A program made the translations under genes and the position numbers. From positions 71,194 to 135,193 of the forward strand of contig JBJDZN010000076.1 of assembly GCA_051868045.1 (NCBI GenBank): 64,000 nt of DNA, written 5' to 3'. Shown here piece by piece: positions 37,197 through 47,777 of the stretch. Every line of letters begins with the position of its first letter. Positions within the stretch are counted from its first letter, which is position 1. Source of the DNA: Eubacteriales bacterium. GTDB taxonomy: Bacteria; Bacillota; Clostridia; Oscillospirales; CAG-272. The notes beneath the pieces are model-generated. The model had not been told where the DNA came from and ran no database searches. It saw nothing but the letters and a program-made list of their open reading frames with translations.

Positions 37197-39413
37197 TTGA
37201 ATTCGAATATTGATAAGCTGCTCAAGATTCTTGAGGAAACGCCCGGAATGACCTATGATTATGACAAAATCAAGGATGCGTACGCTTTTTCGGCGGCATT
37301 GCATGAGGGACAGTTCAGGGCAAGCGGGGAGCCGTACATTACCCATCCCGTGGCAGTTGCCGAGATCGTGGCATCGCTGGAGCTGGACACCGATTCGATC
37401 TGCGCCGCCCTGCTTCACGATACCGTGGAGGACTGCGGCGGAAAGGTCAGTCTGGATATTATCCGCAAGCGATTCGGACCCGATGTGGCGATTTTGGTGG
37501 ACGGTCTGACCAAGCTGGTGCAGATTCCCTTCGAGGATAAGGAAGAGGAGCAGATGGAGAATCTGCGGAAGATGTTCCTGGCTATGTCCAAGGATGTCCG
37601 TGTGATCCTGATCAAACTCTGCGACCGACTGCATAATATGCGGACCCTGTCGGCAAAGCAGGATGAAAAGCGTCGCCTGACTGCCCTTGAGACCATGCAC
37701 GTTTACGCCCCGCTTGCCCATCGACTGGGTATCCAGCGTATTAAAGCGGAACTGGAGAATCTATCCCTGTCCTATCTGGACCCCATCGGTTATGCCGAGG
37801 TCAAGGGTCAGGTGGAGGAGCGGTACGGGCAGAATCGCGACTTTATCAGCCGGATCAAGCAGGAAATCAACGAAAAACTCGCCGAAAACGGTTTCCACTT
37901 CAAGGTGGACGGCAGAGTCAAGAGCGTTTACTCCATCTATTTCAAGATGTACAATCAGCATAAGACCCTGGACGAAATATACGATCTGTATGCTGTCCGT
38001 GTCATTACCAAGACCGAACTGGAGTGCTATACGGTACTGGGTATCATCCACGACACCTTCAAATCCCTTCCGGGACGGTTCAAGGACTATATTTCCACGC
38101 CAAAGCCCAATATGTATCAGTCCCTTCATACCACCGTCATCGGCAAGGAGGGCATCCCCTTTGAGGTGCAGATACGGACCGAAAAAATGCACCAGATTGC
38201 CGAATACGGTGTTGCCGCTCACTGGAAGTATAAGTCCGGTGATCGTGGGGATGATGGTATCGACAGCCGTCTTTCCTGGATTGCAAAGCTGATCGAATCG
38301 GAGGACAGCACAAGAGATCACGACGAATTCATGCGTGCCCTGAAGGTGGACATTTCTCACGACGAAATCTTCGTCTTTACCCCCAAAGGAGACGTGATCA
38401 GTCTGCCCAGCGGTTCCACTATGATCGACTTTGCCTATGCCATCCATTCCCAGGTGGGCAATCACATGGTAGGCGCAAAGGTAGACGGCAAGATCGCTCC
38501 CATCGACAGTTGCCCCCAGAACGGGCAGATCGTGGAGATTTTGACCTCTCCAACTTCCAAGGGACCTTCCCGTGACTGGTTGAACGTGGTCAAGACGGGT
38601 GAGGCGAGAAATAAGATCCGCCAGTGGTTCAAGAAAGAGAAGCGGGCAGAGAACCTGCTTGTGGGCAGAGCCGAGATTGAAAAGGAGTTTTCCAAATACG
38701 GCAGACCCTTCACCACTGCCCAGATGGACGAGATTGTTGCCAATGTGGCGGGACGTATGGGCTTTCACGAGTCGGAGGATCTGTACAGTACCATTGGCTA
38801 TGGCGGTCTGACCGTCAGCAAGATCGGTGCCAGACTCAAGGATGAGTTCGAACGGGTCGTAAAACCCGTGGAGCCGCCTGCTCCCCTGACGGCGGAAAAG
38901 GTCGTCACCACCAGCCGTCCCCATAAGAAGAACAACGGCGGAGTCATCGTAGACGGCGTGGACGGATGCGAGGTCAAATTTGCCAGATGCTGTAATCCCC
39001 TGCCCGGAGACGAAATCGTGGGCTTTATCACCAAGGGCTTCGGAATTTCCATTCATAAAAAGGATTGCCCCAACGTGCTTCAGATTAAGGATCGGGAGGA
39101 TGCCAAGGGTCGGTTCGTGTCTGCCTATTGGGGCGAGACTCAGATGAAATCGGTCGGAACCGGCGGCACACCTGCCAATTTCGAGGCATATGTTCAGATT
39201 TTTGCCGAGAACGATCTCATGCTCCTTGCCAATATCACCTCTACCCTTGCCGATATGAAGGTCGCTCTGCATCAGATCAATACCCGTACCAAGGATGGAA
39301 TGCTGGTGGTCAATCTGTCCATCGGCTGTCGGGACACCTCCCATTTCAAGTCGATTATGGCGAAGCTGGCAACCATACCGAAGGTCAATGAAGTCAAGAG
39401 GGGGTACACATGA
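37197..39413 (+). CDS. rel: Bifunctional (p)ppGpp synthetase/hydrolase Rel
   Basis: TTG start after GGGGGGAAG. HD domain (HPVAVA...LHDTVED), synthetase domain (YRSLHT-type: YQSLHTTV), and TGS and ACT-like C-terminal domains. Confidence 0.95.
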   Translation: MNSNIDKLLKILEETPGMTYDYDKIKDAYAFSAALHEGQFRASGEPYITHPVAVAEIVASLELDTDSICAALLHDTVEDCGGKVSLDIIRKRFGPDVAILVDGLTKLVQIPFEDKEEEQMENLRKMFLAMSKDVRVILIKLCDRLHNMRTLSAKQDEKRRLTALETMHVYAPLAHRLGIQRIKAELENLSLSYLDPIGYAEVKGQVEERYGQNRDFISRIKQEINEKLAENGFHFKVDGRVKSVYSIYFKMYNQHKTLDEIYDLYAVRVITKTELECYTVLGIIHDTFKSLPGRFKDYISTPKPNMYQSLHTTVIGKEGIPFEVQIRTEKMHQIAEYGVAAHWKYKSGDRGDDGIDSRLSWIAKLIESEDSTRDHDEFMRALKVDISHDEIFVFTPKGDVISLPSGSTMIDFAYAIHSQVGNHMVGAKVDGKIAPIDSCPQNGQIVEILTSPTSKGPSRDWLNVVKTGEARNKIRQWFKKEKRAENLLVGRAEIEKEFSKYGRPFTTAQMDEIVANVAGRMGFHESEDLYSTIGYGGLTVSKIGARLKDEFERVVKPVEPPAPLTAEKVVTTSRPHKKNNGGVIVDGVDGCEVKFARCCNPLPGDEIVGFITKGFGISIHKKDCPNVLQIKDREDAKGRFVSAYWGETQMKSVGTGGTPANFEAYVQIFAENDLMLLANITSTLADMKVALHQINTRTKDGMLVVNLSIGCRDTSHFKSIMAKLATIPKVNEVKRGYT

Positions 39414-39874
39414 TCGCCGTATTGCAGCGTGTTCTGAAGGCATCCGTGTCGGTTGAGGGTGAAGTCACCGGTTCCTGCGGGCAGGGCTATGCTATTCTGC
39501 TGGGAGTCCGGGTGGGAGATACTCAGCGTGACGCCGAACTTCTGTGTGAAAAAATCGCAAAACTGCGGGTCTTTTCGGATGAAAACGGGAAGATGAACCG
39601 CTCCATTCTGGATGTCGGCGGCTCGGCAGTGGTGGTCTCCCAGTTTACGCTGATGGCAGACTACCATCACGGAAACCGTCCCAGCTTTCTGGATGCCGCC
39701 CCGCCGGCAGTTTCGAAACCCTTGTATGAATTCTTCGTGCAGTGCCTGTCTCAAAAGCTCGGCAAACCGGTGGGATGTGGGGTTTTCGGCGCCGATATGC
39801 TCTATGAAATATCAAATGACGGTCCTGTCACCATTATCATGGACAGTGCCGTCCTTCAAAAAAAGGAAAACTGA
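39410..39874 (+). CDS. dtd: D-aminoacyl-tRNA deacylase
   Basis: MIAVLQRV...VVSQFTL...GNRPSF and a C-terminal NDGPVT motif. ATGA overlap with rel. Confidence 0.95.
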   Translation: MIAVLQRVLKASVSVEGEVTGSCGQGYAILLGVRVGDTQRDAELLCEKIAKLRVFSDENGKMNRSILDVGGSAVVVSQFTLMADYHHGNRPSFLDAAPPAVSKPLYEFFVQCLSQKLGKPVGCGVFGADMLYEISNDGPVTIIMDSAVLQKKEN

Positions 39875-39877
39875 GCA

Positions 39878-41386
39878 ATGAAACTGATTTGCAGTGAAAA
39901 TATCAGTAAATATTATTTGCAGACTCTGTGTCTGCTCTACTTTCCGGGAGCCAAATTCTCGGAGACCGAGGAAGTCACCGACGAGACTCCTGTGGTCAGC
40001 GTATTTCTGACCGAGTCAGAGGGAAGTGCCACTGCCAAAGCGACCATCAAGGTCGGAGAACAGAAGGCGGAGGCAGAGGTTACGGAGAAGTATAAATCCT
40101 CCATGACGGCAATCCGGATTCAGAAGATCGTGGTGGGAAAGGCGGTCTTTGCGGCAGGTGAGGAGTTTTTCGGATATACCCCCTCTTGGGGCATCCTGAC
40201 CGGCATCCGTCCTTCCAAAATTTCAAGACAAATCTATGCCCAGACGGGGGATGCCGCCAAAACCCGAAAGGTTCTGCGGGACGAATACTTCCTCTATCCC
40301 AAAAAGGCGGCTCTGCTGACCAATATTACCATCAATCAAGCACGGATTATCGACAGACTGGACAAAAATTCCTGTTCCATCTATATTTCAATCCCCTTTT
40401 GTCCCACCAGATGTGCCTACTGCTCCTTTGTCTCCTTTGCCACCAAACGTCTTTTGTCGCTGATCCCCGATTATGTCAGCCGACTGCTTCGGGATCTGGA
40501 CTATGTTTTCGATACCATCAAGGCACACGGACTCCATGTCACCACCATTTACATAGGCGGTGGCACGCCGACTACGCTGACAGCCGATCAGCTGACCCGA
40601 ATTTTTGAGAAGATCGAGGAGCATATCGACCCCTTCGAGCTTGAAGAGTTCTCGCTGGAGGCAGGCAGACCCGATACCATCACGGCAGAGAAGATGGCGG
40701 TTGCCACGGCACACGGTGTGACCAGAATCAGTATCAATCCCCAGACCCTCAACGAGGCCGTCCTTCGGGAGATCGGAAGATGCCATAGCGTCGATGATTT
40801 TTACCGTAGCTATGAGATGGCAAGAGCCTCCGGCATTAAATTCATCAACACCGACCTGATTGTGGGACTGCCGGGGGACAGTCACCGTTCCTTTGTGCAG
40901 ACCATGGACAATATCGTAAAGCTTCACCCCGATAACATCACGGTACACACCTTCTGTGTCAAAAAAGCTGCGGATCTTGCCCACGCATCGGGAATTTTCG
41001 CCTATACCGGCGGTGGGGATGTGCAGAAATCGGTGGATTATTCCCAACTGAGGGCAAAGTCCAACGGATATATCCCCTATTATCTTTACCGTCAGAAGAA
41101 TTCGGTCAGCAATCTGGAAAATGTAGGCTTCGCCATGCCCGGCGCAGAGGGACTGTATAATATCTATATTATGGAGGAGGTCCACCATATCTTCGCCGTA
41201 GGCGCAGGAGCCGTCAGCAAGCTGGTGGATCGGGAACACGGTCATATTTCCCGCATATTTATGGATAAGTACCCCTATGAATATCTGTCTGCCGCAGGTG
41301 AGGAAAAATTCAGACGGGAATTTTCCGGCAAGGTCGAGGAATTCTTCGACGGACAGACAAAAAAGGGTGAAGACGAACCCGAATAA
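39878..41386 (+). CDS. hemZ: HemN-like radical SAM protein, HemZ-type (coproporphyrinogen dehydrogenase family)
   Basis: CPTRCAYCSF radical SAM motif, about 500 aa, in the conserved rel-dtd-hemZ arrangement. Confidence 0.75.
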   Translation: MKLICSENISKYYLQTLCLLYFPGAKFSETEEVTDETPVVSVFLTESEGSATAKATIKVGEQKAEAEVTEKYKSSMTAIRIQKIVVGKAVFAAGEEFFGYTPSWGILTGIRPSKISRQIYAQTGDAAKTRKVLRDEYFLYPKKAALLTNITINQARIIDRLDKNSCSIYISIPFCPTRCAYCSFVSFATKRLLSLIPDYVSRLLRDLDYVFDTIKAHGLHVTTIYIGGGTPTTLTADQLTRIFEKIEEHIDPFELEEFSLEAGRPDTITAEKMAVATAHGVTRISINPQTLNEAVLREIGRCHSVDDFYRSYEMARASGIKFINTDLIVGLPGDSHRSFVQTMDNIVKLHPDNITVHTFCVKKAADLAHASGIFAYTGGGDVQKSVDYSQLRAKSNGYIPYYLYRQKNSVSNLENVGFAMPGAEGLYNIYIMEEVHHIFAVGAGAVSKLVDREHGHISRIFMDKYPYEYLSAAGEEKFRREFSGKVEEFFDGQTKKGEDEPE

Positions 41387-41391
41387 ACCAA

Positions 41392-42330
41392 TTGAAACGA
41401 GGTTATCACTTGAAAACAAAATATCTTCCGGTGAAATATCAGTTCTCATCCGAGGACGAGAAGAAGGCAATGATCAATGCCAGCGAGCATACCTTTTCAG
41501 CCGAACTGGATCGGGTGATCCAATGGGTGCTGAACGATCCGACCCTTCCGGTAATGACCCTTTGCGGTCCCACCTGCTCCGGCAAGACGACTCTGTGTAA
41601 CCGCCTGACCAAGGCACTGTCCGCTGCCGGCAGACACGCTAAGCTGATCTCCATTGACGATTTCTTTCTGGATCGGGAGGAGCTGAACCGAACGGCTGCC
41701 AATTTCGGCGGCGAAATTGACTACGACAGTGTTGCCTCTCTGGATCTTGCAGCATTGGAAAAATGTATTTCGGAGCTGGACAAAACGGGTAAGACCGAGA
41801 TTCCCCATTACGATCTCCATACGGGCAAACGGGATTCCTACCGTTCTGTGGTGCGAAATGAGGGCGACTTGCTGATTTTTGAGGGAATTCAGACCCTTTA
41901 TCCCCAGTTTACCGCCCTGATTGATTCGGTACGCCACCTTTCGGTTTATACCAGCGTGGAAAACGGGTATACGGCGGCAGGAAACCGTTTCTCGCCCCGT
42001 GAAATCCGTTTTATCCGTCGAATCGTCCGGGATTTTCACTTCCGCAATGCTCCCCCTCAGTTCACCTACTACCTTTGGAAGAGTGTTTGTGAAAACGAAG
42101 ATCAAAGTATCTTCCCCCATTCCGGGAAGGCGGATCTGACGGTCAATACGGCACTTACCTACGAACTGTCTGCCGTCAGAACCGAGCTTGAGGCAGTTCT
42201 GAATCGGATCCCGTCCGAAAGCGAGTATTATGAGGCAAGTCGGGAGCTTCTGACGAAATTCGAGAAAATCCAGCCCATCGACCCTGCCTATGTTCCTGCA
42301 GACTCCATTTTCAGAGAGTTTATCGGCTGA
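41392..42330 (+). CDS. Uridine kinase-family P-loop nucleoside kinase-like protein
   Basis: P-loop CGPTCSGKTTL and ISIDDFF. The start is uncertain (TTG 41392 or downstream). Confidence 0.6.
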   Translation: MKRGYHLKTKYLPVKYQFSSEDEKKAMINASEHTFSAELDRVIQWVLNDPTLPVMTLCGPTCSGKTTLCNRLTKALSAAGRHAKLISIDDFFLDREELNRTAANFGGEIDYDSVASLDLAALEKCISELDKTGKTEIPHYDLHTGKRDSYRSVVRNEGDLLIFEGIQTLYPQFTALIDSVRHLSVYTSVENGYTAAGNRFSPREIRFIRRIVRDFHFRNAPPQFTYYLWKSVCENEDQSIFPHSGKADLTVNTALTYELSAVRTELEAVLNRIPSESEYYEASRELLTKFEKIQPIDPAYVPADSIFREFIG

Positions 42331-42381
42331 ACCCTCCGGGGGATAAATTCGAGACCCTCTGCATAAAATGCTATCACAAAT

Positions 42382-43995
42382 TTGAATGGAGATCTGTTTG
42401 TGAAGCGTAAAGAGAAAAACGGCGTGCTGTCGGGGGTTCTGATTCTGTCGGCGGCGGGGATACTGGTCAAAATACTGGGCGTTTTCTATAAAATTCCGCT
42501 GACCACCCTCCTGGGAGATGACGGAATGGGCTACTTTTCGGGAGCCTATACCATCTATCTCTTCTTTTATCTGCTGGCAACGGCGGGACTGCCTATTGCA
42601 CTGTCCATGATGGTTGCCAAGGCGCGGGTGTCCGGGGGACCCGAAGCGGTGCGATCCATTGATCGGGTGGCGAGCCTGTTGTTCTGGACCCTCGGAATCG
42701 TCTTTTCCGCATTGCTGTTTTTCTGCGCCCCTCTGTTTGCCGGGATGATCGGTAACCCGGGAGCGGCACTGCCCATTGCGGCGATTGCACCGTCGCTCCT
42801 GTTTGCCGCCGTTATGGGCGAGGTGCGGGGCTATTTTCAGGGCTTTCAGTTCATGCTTCCCACGGCACTCTCTCAGATCACGGAGGCGGTGGGAAAGGTG
42901 ATCTTAGGCGTATTTCTCGCAAATCTGGCACTCAGACGGGGCTATCCTGCTGAAAATGTCGCCGCATTTGCGATTCTTGGCATCACCATCAGTTCGGGCT
43001 TTTCCATGCTGATGCTGCTGATCATGAAGGCGAAATATACCCGCCGCAGAGTGGTCAGACAGGGACGGCGGCTCCGGGATTTCACCTCACTGCGGGGGAT
43101 TCTGTCCGAGCTTGTCCGGATTGCTCTGCCCATCACCCTGAGCAGTTCGGTGATCAGCCTGTCCGGCGTGCTGGATTTGGTGACGGTGATGCACCGTCTT
43201 CAGTCGGTGGGTTATTCGGCAGAGATCGCCAACGCCATCTACGGAAACTATACCGCACTGGCAGGGTCAATGGTTAATATGCCCATCGTGCTGATCGTCC
43301 CCATCTCAACCGGTCTGGTGCCCTATATCACGGCATCGCTGGCGGAGGGAAGACGGGATCGGGTCCGCACTACGGTCGAGACCGCTCTGAGGTCCACCCT
43401 TCTGATCGCCATGCCTGCCGCTTTCGGCATGAGCGCACTGGCAAAGCCCATTCTCTGCCTGCTGTTCGAGGATGGTGCGGCACAGTCGGCGGCACCTTTG
43501 CTGGCGATTCTGGCACCCTCCCTGATTTTTACCGCCCTTGCCAACGTTACCGGTTCCATCCTGCAATCGGTGGGCGGCATATCCATACCGGTGCTGTCCA
43601 TGACGGCAGGGGGATGCGTCAAACTGGTGCTGTCCTGGTTTCTCATCGGTAAAATCGGCATCTATGGAACGCCTGTCGGCACCTTTTTCTGCTATTTGGT
43701 CATCTGCCTGATCAATTTCGGCTTTCTTACGGCAAAGACGGGCGTTCGGATTGGATTTTTCTCTACCTTCCTGAAGCCCATGATCGCCGCATTGGTCTGC
43801 GGTGCCGTGGCGGGGCTGGGTTACCCACTGTTTTGCCGGTGGATACCGGATGCCTTTGCAACGCTGTCTGCTATCTTTGTGGGCGGGCTAACGTATCTGT
43901 TGGTTCTTCTGCTTATCGGCGGTGTTGAGGATGATGACCTGGCGGTTTTACCCGGCGGAAAGCGACTGCTGAGAAAAATGGGCAGGAAAATCTGA
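42382..43995 (+). CDS. MOP-superfamily flippase (YabM/SpoVB/MurJ-like)
   Basis: About 14 TM helices. N-terminal LSAAGILVKILGVFYKIPLTTLLGDDGMGYF is typical of SpoVB/MurJ-like proteins. The start may be GTG 42400. Confidence 0.75.
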   Translation: MNGDLFVKRKEKNGVLSGVLILSAAGILVKILGVFYKIPLTTLLGDDGMGYFSGAYTIYLFFYLLATAGLPIALSMMVAKARVSGGPEAVRSIDRVASLLFWTLGIVFSALLFFCAPLFAGMIGNPGAALPIAAIAPSLLFAAVMGEVRGYFQGFQFMLPTALSQITEAVGKVILGVFLANLALRRGYPAENVAAFAILGITISSGFSMLMLLIMKAKYTRRRVVRQGRRLRDFTSLRGILSELVRIALPITLSSSVISLSGVLDLVTVMHRLQSVGYSAEIANAIYGNYTALAGSMVNMPIVLIVPISTGLVPYITASLAEGRRDRVRTTVETALRSTLLIAMPAAFGMSALAKPILCLLFEDGAAQSAAPLLAILAPSLIFTALANVTGSILQSVGGISIPVLSMTAGGCVKLVLSWFLIGKIGIYGTPVGTFFCYLVICLINFGFLTAKTGVRIGFFSTFLKPMIAALVCGAVAGLGYPLFCRWIPDAFATLSAIFVGGLTYLLVLLLIGGVEDDDLAVLPGGKRLLRKMGRKI

Positions 43996-44017
43996 AAATC
44001 AAAAGGACGAATCAAAA

Positions 44018-44719
44018 ATGGATGAATCAAAAGAGATCGAACGAATCGTGAATCAAAAGAACTATGATATGAACGATCTGCTGAACATTATGGAGATTCT
44101 GCGGTCCCCTGTGGGCTGTCCGTGGGATCGTGAGCAGACCCATGCCTCCATCCGCAAATGCCTGATTGAGGAAACCTACGAGGTTTGCGAGGCGATTGAC
44201 CGTGACGATGCCGCTATGCTTCGGGAGGAACTGGGGGATCTGCTGCTGCAGGTGGTCTTCCATGCCAGACTTGCCGAGGAGCAGGGACTGTTTTCCTATT
44301 CCGATGTGGTCAACGATATTGCGGCGAAGATGGTGATCCGCCATCCCCATGTGTTCGGCGACGTGCAGGTGTCGGATACCGACGGGGTCCTGACCAATTG
44401 GGACAACATCAAGATGGCAACCAAGCATCAGGAGACGCCGGCTCAGGTGCTGGACAGCGTGGCACGAACCCTGCCTTCCCTGATGCGCGCCCAGAAGCTT
44501 GCCCATAAGATTCGCAAATATCACCTTGAACAGGAATCCGATGAACTGTCCCGTCTGCTCGGTGAGACGGAAAAAACCAACCCTGCCCAAACGCCGGGCG
44601 AAAAGCTGTTTGCCCTTGCGGCAGAATGCGACCTTGCCGGTGTGGATGCAGAGGAGGAGCTGTCAGCCCTCTGCGAGACGGTGGTGGACATTGCCAAAAA
44701 GGCAGAGAATTGTTCATAA
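44018..44719 (+). CDS. mazG: MazG-family nucleoside triphosphate pyrophosphohydrolase
   Basis: CPWDREQTH...LIEETYEVCEAI...ELGDLLLQVVFHA. Confidence 0.9.
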   Translation: MDESKEIERIVNQKNYDMNDLLNIMEILRSPVGCPWDREQTHASIRKCLIEETYEVCEAIDRDDAAMLREELGDLLLQVVFHARLAEEQGLFSYSDVVNDIAAKMVIRHPHVFGDVQVSDTDGVLTNWDNIKMATKHQETPAQVLDSVARTLPSLMRAQKLAHKIRKYHLEQESDELSRLLGETEKTNPAQTPGEKLFALAAECDLAGVDAEEELSALCETVVDIAKKAENCS

Positions 44720-44805
44720 AAACTTTACAATATCAAATCTTGCCAAGGTAGGGAAAGTGTGATATAGTATAAATAGTTTCTGTTTCATTTCAGAAAGGAA
44801 AGACC

Positions 44806-45054
44806 ATGCGACTGGATAAATATCTGAAGGTTTCCCGCATCATCAAGCGGAGAACGGTTGCCAATGATGCCTGTGATGACGCTCATGTCAGTGTCAACGG
44901 ACGTCCTGCCAAGGCGTCCTATCAGGTGAAGGAGGGCGACATTGTGGAGATCTCCTTTGGCTCCCGCACCATGAAAATCCGTGTTCTGAACGTGGCGGAA
45001 CACGCCCTGAAATCGGATGCTTCCTCCCTCTATGAGGTGCTGACCGAGGAATAA
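44806..45054 (+). CDS. S4-domain RNA-binding protein (YabO-like)
   Basis: MRLDKYLKVSRIIKRR... S4 motif, 82 aa. Confidence 0.85.
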   Translation: MRLDKYLKVSRIIKRRTVANDACDDAHVSVNGRPAKASYQVKEGDIVEISFGSRTMKIRVLNVAEHALKSDASSLYEVLTEE

Positions 45055-45127
45055 TTTGGGTTTCCGAAAATGGGAGGCTCTTTTTGTGGGATGCCGACCC
45101 CGGTTTGCGGGAAAACGGATTTTTCCG

Positions 45128-45157
45128 TGAATACACCTGTTTTGCTCTGCATAGAAT
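45128..45157 (+). promoter_or_regulatory. Possible sporulation (SigE-like) promoter for yabP-yabQ-divIC
   Basis: TGAATAC, 15 nt, CATAGAAT resembles the -35 ATATT / -10 CATACA-T pattern, as recalled from memory. Confidence 0.3.
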
Positions 45158-45255
45158 GGTGCAGAGGGTAAAAACGGTAGATTTCCCCCACTTGTGCGGG
45201 GCAAAAGTAGCTGAAACCGTTGACCTCGAAGAAAATTGAGAGGGGTTTCGCATAC

Positions 45256-45543
45256 ATGAATCAAAATATTTCTGATAAGGCGGCATCGAAGCATCGGCTG
45301 GAGCTGGACGGCAGGAAGGTGCTGACCCTTTCCGGCGTCGAGGACGTGCTGGGATTTGAGGAAACCTCGGTGATTCTGTCCACGACCATGGGCATCCTGA
45401 CCGTGGAGGGCGAGGAACTGCATATCCGTCATATGTCCATGGAGGATGGCAATCTGGTCATCGACGGGCGGATCGGCGGAATTATGTATGTGGACAAATC
45501 CACCCGTAAAAGCGGTCTTTGGGGCAAAAAGGGAAAGAAATGA
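45256..45543 (+). CDS. yabP: Sporulation protein YabP
   Basis: HRLELDGRKVLTLSGVEDVLGFEE...LTVEGEELHI matches YabP/YqfC-family sequences. SD GAGAGGGG lies upstream. Confidence 0.8.
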   Translation: MNQNISDKAASKHRLELDGRKVLTLSGVEDVLGFEETSVILSTTMGILTVEGEELHIRHMSMEDGNLVIDGRIGGIMYVDKSTRKSGLWGKKGKK

Positions 45544-46100
45544 CCCAGTATCTCTCTCAGAAAGCCCTGTTTTCTCTGTTGTTGACCTCCTTTCCCATGG
45601 GGTTTTGCCTGTCTGCCTTCTACGATCTTTTTCGGATCCGCAGACGGTTGATCCCTGGACCCTCCGGCTTTGTTGCCGGTCTCTGGACGGCGATAGAGGA
45701 CGTGATCTTCTTTTTATGCGCAGGGGTGTGTACGGTGCTGATGTTCTATCTGCTCAATAATGGGCAGATACGTGTGCTTGGGCTGGTCGGGCTGATTCCC
45801 GGCTTTTTCCTGTGGAGGCTGACCTTCAGCCGACTGCTTTTTTGGGTAGTGGACGGTCTCCTTTGGCTGATCCGCATCCTGGGAAAATTTTTGTATCAAA
45901 AAATATTGCTCCCGCCGGTGCGGTTTATCGCCCGTGCGGCAGCGAGTCAGATTCATAGAATAACCGCCTTCCTGGATGAAAAAAGAAGGAGACGGAACAC
46001 CCGGCGCATCTGCCGGAGGGCGATCCGGGACGCATCATTGGGTTTCGGTGAGGAAAGGACATGGATTCGAAATGAAAAAAAGAGGAAATCTTCTGATTAA
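45540..46100 (+). CDS. yabQ: Spore cortex biosynthesis protein YabQ-like membrane protein
   Basis: ATGA overlap with yabP. Several TM helices and an Arg-rich C-terminus. Assigned from position and architecture. Confidence 0.6.
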   Translation: MTQYLSQKALFSLLLTSFPMGFCLSAFYDLFRIRRRLIPGPSGFVAGLWTAIEDVIFFLCAGVCTVLMFYLLNNGQIRVLGLVGLIPGFFLWRLTFSRLLFWVVDGLLWLIRILGKFLYQKILLPPVRFIARAAASQIHRITAFLDEKRRRRNTRRICRRAIRDASLGFGEERTWIRNEKKRKSSD

Positions 46101-46350
46101 GGTGGCAGCGTGTGCGGGCTTTGTCATCGCACTTTACAGCATCATCAATCAACAGTTGGAGACAAACAAGCTGCAGGTTGAGCTTGCGCAGTTGGAGGCG
46201 CAGGTGGAGGCAAATTCCGATGCCAACGATGAGCTGGCATATGAGCTTACCATCGTAGGTACGGAGGAATACTATCAGCGTGTGGCACGGGAGAAGCTGG
46301 GCTATCACCAGTATGACGAAACGATATTTGTCAACGATCAGAAAAGCTGA
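46072..46350 (+). CDS. divIC: Septum formation initiator (DivIC/FtsB family)
   Basis: One TM helix plus a coiled coil (LQVELAQLEAQVEAN) and the C-terminal ARE-KLGY motif. Confidence 0.8.
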   Translation: MKKRGNLLIKVAACAGFVIALYSIINQQLETNKLQVELAQLEAQVEANSDANDELAYELTIVGTEEYYQRVAREKLGYHQYDETIFVNDQKS

Positions 46351-46420
46351 TCGGATCAATATACGAATTTAGTGATGGGTTCCCGTGGGGGAATCGGGAA
46401 AGGTATGGTCAAAAAGGAAT

Positions 46421-46786
46421 ATGCAGACCGAAATCATAGAAGTCGGACAGATTTTGGACGGAACAGTGACAAAAATAATGCCTTATGGGGTTTTTGTCTC
46501 CCTTCCGGGAGGGAAAAACGGGATGATTCACATATCTCAGGTGGCAAACGGCTATGTGAAGGATATTCATGACGTCCTGTCGGAAAAGCAGGCAGTGCGG
46601 GTTAAGGTTCTCAGCATTGAGAATGGGAAAATCGCCCTGACGCTCCGCTTTACCGAGGAAAAGAAGCCTTCTTTTGAGGATATGATGGCATCCTTTATGA
46701 AAACTTCCGGCGAAAAGATTTCCGAAATGGGAACCAAAAACGAGACTCGCCGCAGATCGGGCGGGGGTAGCAACCGAAGACGCTGA
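46421..46786 (+). CDS. S1 RNA-binding domain protein (YabR-like)
   Basis: GQILDGTVTKIMPYGVFVSLPGGKNGMIHISQV S1 motif. Confidence 0.85.
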   Translation: MQTEIIEVGQILDGTVTKIMPYGVFVSLPGGKNGMIHISQVANGYVKDIHDVLSEKQAVRVKVLSIENGKIALTLRFTEEKKPSFEDMMASFMKTSGEKISEMGTKNETRRRSGGGSNRRR

Positions 46787-46826
46787 AAAAATCCGATCCG
46801 GCAAATTGCCAATCAAAGGATTTTCG

Positions 46827-46866
46827 GGGACTTTTCGCGAATTTTCCGAAGAGTCCCTGATTTTTT
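46827..46866 (+). terminator. Intrinsic terminator after the yabR-like gene
   Basis: 11-bp stem (one G-U pair) followed by GATTTTTT. Confidence 0.7.
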
Positions 46867-46912
46867 ATTCAATATTCCGGGATAACCAAATGAAATGAGG
46901 GAAAGTAAAAAG

Positions 46913-47755
46913 ATGAGAACCGTTACATCCGATCAGATCCGGATCGCTGTCCGGGATCTGTTTCTGTCAGCAAATCAGATTCTGCCCGATGATGCCGAAA
47001 AGTTGATTCATACTTATACCGAAAAGGAGACAAGCCCCCTCGGGAAGGCGGTTTTGTGCCGGATCTGCGACAATCTGGATGCCGCCAGAAACTTCGGCGT
47101 TCCGATTTGTCAGGATACCGGGATGGCGGTCCTGTTTGCCGAGGTTGGAACCGACGTCCACATCGAGGGCGACTTCGAGGGCGCAGTCAATGCCGGCGTC
47201 GCCGAGGCATATCTGGACGGAAAACTCCGGTGCAGTGTGGTGGCGGAACCTTTTTTTAACCGCAAAAACACCGGCAACAACACCCCTGCCATCCTTTACA
47301 CCCGACTGGTACCGGGCGATCAGATTCACCTTCTCGCTGAACCAAAGGGATTTGGCAGTGAGAACATGAGTGCCATCCGGATGTTCACCCCCAGTGCCAC
47401 CCGTGAGGACATCCTCTCATTCGTGCTGGAAACCGTTAAAAAGGCGGGGAGCAATCCCTGTCCTCCGATTCTGGTGGGCGTGGGTATCGGCGGAACCTTC
47501 GATTATTCGGCGGTGCTTGCCAAGAAAGCACTGGCAAGGAGTGTTTCGGTGCGCAATGCCAATCCCGACTATGCCGCATTGGAGGCGGAACTGCTGGATC
47601 GGATCAATCAGTTGGGCATCGGACCCCAGGGATTTGGCGGCGACACGACCGCACTGGGAGTCAATGTCGAATATTATCCCACCCATATAGCCGGACTGCC
47701 CGTGGCGGTCAACATCAACTGCCACGTCATGCGTCATGCCGAGACGGTGATCTGA
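46913..47755 (+). CDS. Fe-S hydro-lyase (class I fumarate/tartrate hydratase) alpha subunit
   Basis: ICQDTGMAV, EPKGFGSEN and PPILVGVGIGGT motifs. No beta subunit lies adjacent. Confidence 0.85.
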   Translation: MRTVTSDQIRIAVRDLFLSANQILPDDAEKLIHTYTEKETSPLGKAVLCRICDNLDAARNFGVPICQDTGMAVLFAEVGTDVHIEGDFEGAVNAGVAEAYLDGKLRCSVVAEPFFNRKNTGNNTPAILYTRLVPGDQIHLLAEPKGFGSENMSAIRMFTPSATREDILSFVLETVKKAGSNPCPPILVGVGIGGTFDYSAVLAKKALARSVSVRNANPDYAALEAELLDRINQLGIGPQGFGGDTTALGVNVEYYPTHIAGLPVAVNINCHVMRHAETVI

Positions 47756-47777
47756 TGCGAATGAAAGGGAGAATAAT

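Noticed and set aside
45070-45171. A 33-codon Cys-rich ORF (MGGSFCGMPTPVCGKTDFSVNTPVLLCIEWCRG) in the yabO-yabP spacer, considered as a possible RiPP precursor.
   Set aside because: There is no SD before its ATG and no maturation or modification genes adjacent. It also overlaps the putative sporulation promoter. The evidence is insufficient.
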